From: Halarcobacter sp.
Lineage (GTDB): Bacteria > Campylobacterota > Campylobacteria > Campylobacterales > Arcobacteraceae
Direction: 5' to 3'
Assembly (NCBI GenBank): GCA_048571215.1
Contig: CP182352.1
Coordinates: forward strand, 2,560,001 to 2,624,000
DNA length: 64,000 nt
Shown here: piece by piece, positions 61,596-64,000 of the stretch
Layout: every line of letters begins with the position of its first letter
Position numbering within the stretch: position 1 is the first letter of the stretch
Notes under the pieces: model-generated
The model's database searches: none
Seen by the model: only the letters and a program-made list of their open reading frames with translations
Told to the model about the DNA's origin: nothing
Translations under genes and position numbers: made by a program

Positions 61596-62876
61596 GTGAA
61601 AAGTTTTAATATTAAAAAATTAAGTAAATCATTTAATGTTGAGATTGATTCTATTGCAACTGATAAATCAATCTCACATAGATGTGCAATGTTTTCACTT
61701 TTTTCTAATGAGACCTCTTATATAAAAAACTATTTAACGGCAGAAGATACTCTAAACACTTTAAGTATAGTTGAACAACTTGGTGCAACAATAAAAAGAG
61801 AAGGCTCATATGTAGAGATAAGTCCTACAGCTAGACTTACAGAGCCTAATGATGTTTTAGATTGTGGAAACTCAGGAACTGCAATGAGACTTTTTTGTGG
61901 TCTTTTAGCTTCAGTTGATGGAGGTTTTGTTTTAAGTGGAGATAAATATCTAAGAGCAAGACCTATGAAAAGAGTTGCTAATCCTCTAAGAAGTATTGGG
62001 GCAAATATAGATGGTAGAGAAGATGGAAATAAGGCTCCTTTATTTATAAGAGGAGTTAAAGAGTTAAAACCATTTGAATATATCTCTCCAGTAGATTCAG
62101 CACAAGTTAAATCAGCTATGATTCTAGCAGCACTTAGAGCCACTGGAGTATCAAAATATAAAGAAAATGAACTCACCCGTGATCATACGGAGAGAATGTT
62201 AAAAGGTATGGGAGCAAATATAGAAACTGATAATGAAGGTTTTATAAATATTCACCCACTAACAACTTATTTAAAACCTCTAAATATCACTGTTCCTACA
62301 GATCCAAGTTCAGCTTTCTTTTTTGCTTTAGCTGCTGCAATTACACCTAATTCAAGAGTTCTTATAAAAAATGTAACCTTAAATCCTACAAGGATTGAAG
62401 CTTATATGGTTTTGAAAAGAATGGGTGCAATAGTTAATTTTATTGAAAAAGAGAATATCTATGAACCTATTGGGGATATTGAGATTTGCCATAAAGAATT
62501 AAATGGCGTTGAAGTTAGCGAGAATATCTCTTGGCTTATAGATGAACTACCTGCTCTTTCTGTTGCAATGAGTTTGGCAAAAGGTAAATCTATAGTAAAA
62601 AATGCAAAAGAGCTTAGGGTTAAAGAATCTGATAGAATCAAATCTGTTGTTACAAACCTAGAAAAATGTGGAGTTGAATATACAGAATATGAAGATGGAT
62701 ATGAGATAACTGGTGGAAAACTAAATGAAGCAACAATTGACTCACATGGAGATCATAGAATTGCAATGAGTTTTTCTATTGCAGGATTAGTATCAAATAT
62801 GCATATAAATGATACTGATTGTATTTTAACTTCATTTCCAAACTTTAAAGAGATTTTGGACTCTTTATATAATTAA
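61596..62876 (+). CDS. aroA: EPSP synthase
   Basis: DKSISHR, GNSGT, SAQVKSA, RDHTE, KESDR, DHRIAM. Confidence 0.98.
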   Translation: MKSFNIKKLSKSFNVEIDSIATDKSISHRCAMFSLFSNETSYIKNYLTAEDTLNTLSIVEQLGATIKREGSYVEISPTARLTEPNDVLDCGNSGTAMRLFCGLLASVDGGFVLSGDKYLRARPMKRVANPLRSIGANIDGREDGNKAPLFIRGVKELKPFEYISPVDSAQVKSAMILAALRATGVSKYKENELTRDHTERMLKGMGANIETDNEGFINIHPLTTYLKPLNITVPTDPSSAFFFALAAAITPNSRVLIKNVTLNPTRIEAYMVLKRMGAIVNFIEKENIYEPIGDIEICHKELNGVEVSENISWLIDELPALSVAMSLAKGKSIVKNAKELRVKESDRIKSVVTNLEKCGVEYTEYEDGYEITGGKLNEATIDSHGDHRIAMSFSIAGLVSNMHINDTDCILTSFPNFKEILDSLYN

Positions 62877-62887
62877 GGTTTATTAAT

Positions 62888-63721
62888 ATGAATGTAAAAT
62901 TAGCCTCATCTTATGGTTTTTGTTTTGGTGTAAAAAGAGCAATAAATATTGCACAAAATTATAAAAATTCAGCAACAATGGGTCCACTCATCCATAATCA
63001 AAATGAGATAGACAGACTCAAAAAAGATTTTAATGTTGGACTATATAATAATCTAACAGATGTAAAGCCAAATGATACGGTTATAATTAGAACCCATGGT
63101 ATTCCTAAAGATGAATTAAAACAGTTAAAACAAAAAAGTGATAAAGTTATAAATGCTACTTGTCCTTTCGTAACCACTCCTCAACAAATAGTGAAAAAAA
63201 TGAGTGCAGAGGAGTATTCAATTGTTATTTTTGGAGATTATGAACACCCAGAGGTAAAAGGGGTTAAATCTTATGGAAAAGATTTAGATGATGTTCATGT
63301 TGTATTAACTGTTGAAGATTTAGATGCTATCAAATTTAAGTATGAAAAAATTGCTACTGTTGCACAAACTACTAGAAAAAAAGAGATTTATTTAGATATA
63401 GTAAATGCACTTATTTTAAAAAATAAAGAAGTACGAGTTTTTAATACTATTTGTGATGCAACTTTTGAAAACCAAGATGCAGCAAGGGAGTTATCTAAAG
63501 AAGTTGATATTATGGTTATTATTGGTGGGAAAAACTCTTCAAATACAAAACAATTACACCACATTTGTCTTGATAATTGTAAAGACTCATACCTTATAGA
63601 AAATGTAAATGAGCTTGAATCTTCTTGGTTTATAGAGAAAAAACTTTGTGGAATCACTGCTGGCGCATCAACCCCTGATTGGATAATTCAACAAGTAGTT
63701 AACAAAATAGAACAATACTAA
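62888..63721 (+). CDS. ispH: 4-hydroxy-3-methylbut-2-enyl diphosphate reductase
   Basis: GFCFGVKRA, ATCPFV, TICDAT, SSNT, AGASTP. Confidence 0.98.
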   Translation: MNVKLASSYGFCFGVKRAINIAQNYKNSATMGPLIHNQNEIDRLKKDFNVGLYNNLTDVKPNDTVIIRTHGIPKDELKQLKQKSDKVINATCPFVTTPQQIVKKMSAEEYSIVIFGDYEHPEVKGVKSYGKDLDDVHVVLTVEDLDAIKFKYEKIATVAQTTRKKEIYLDIVNALILKNKEVRVFNTICDATFENQDAARELSKEVDIMVIIGGKNSSNTKQLHHICLDNCKDSYLIENVNELESSWFIEKKLCGITAGASTPDWIIQQVVNKIEQY

Positions 63722-63795
63722 ATTTATCTCGTTTAAGTAAACTTTCGATATAATCTGCAACATTTAATAAAAAACGGATAATACGAAGGAATAAA

Positions 63796-64000
63796 ATGGG
63801 TATCGATGATATTGAACTTGGTGAAGACTTTGATTTTGAGCAAATGCTTAATGAGTCTTTTGAGAATACTGAAAATAACTCTGTAGTTGATGGTGTAATT
63901 GTTGAAATTACTGATGATAGTGTGCTTGTTGATGTAGGTCAAAAAGTTGAAGGTAGATTATACCTTTCTGAAATCACTGTAAATGGTGAAGTACTATTCA
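63796..64000 (+). CDS. rpsA: 30S ribosomal protein S1, partial (runs off the right edge)
   Basis: AAGGA SD, then MGIDDIELGEDFDFEQMLNESF...VLVDVGQKVEG. Follows ispH. Confidence 0.92.
   Translation, partial: MGIDDIELGEDFDFEQMLNESFENTENNSVVDGVIVEITDDSVLVDVGQKVEGRLYLSEITVNGEVLF

Overview
AT-rich chromosomal window from a Campylobacterota bacterium, most likely Arcobacteraceae (inferred from the pheS-pheT-aroA-ispH-rpsA order, stand-alone atpB, diheme petC and short hisG). The right half (33-64 kb) is mostly housekeeping: rplS, trmD, metE, ilvA, atpB, addA, argB, thrC, petABC, moeA, queCDE, fabG-acpP-fabF-accA, pheST, aroA, ispH and rpsA. The left half is more accessory. It holds a frameshifted RAYT/Y1 HUH transposase beside a GGGGACAGGCACC repeat and two near-identical IS256 copies with 8-bp TSDs, one of which cuts the C-terminus off a PAS-EAL protein. 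It also holds Moco/siroheme genes, a Tat-lipoprotein PhoD with a Pho box, and an SPL-like radical SAM plus nucleoside phosphorylase pair. There are two best candidates for undescribed systems. (1) 25.9-30.0 kb: a FeeM/LuxI-fold acyltransferase, a 7TM-DISM HisKA_2 kinase and two paralogous winged-helix regulators. The synthase and one regulator share an identical TGTGAC-N5-TGTGAC-N10-(-10) promoter architecture, suggesting an autoinducing, quorum-sensing-like circuit. (2) 34.0-34.4 kb: a Cys/His-containing leader ORF with a C-terminal RRTGVHPP motif directly upstream of metE, resembling a ribosome-arrest regulatory peptide. No tRNA, rRNA or CRISPR array was seen. All calls were made by eye, with no database searches.
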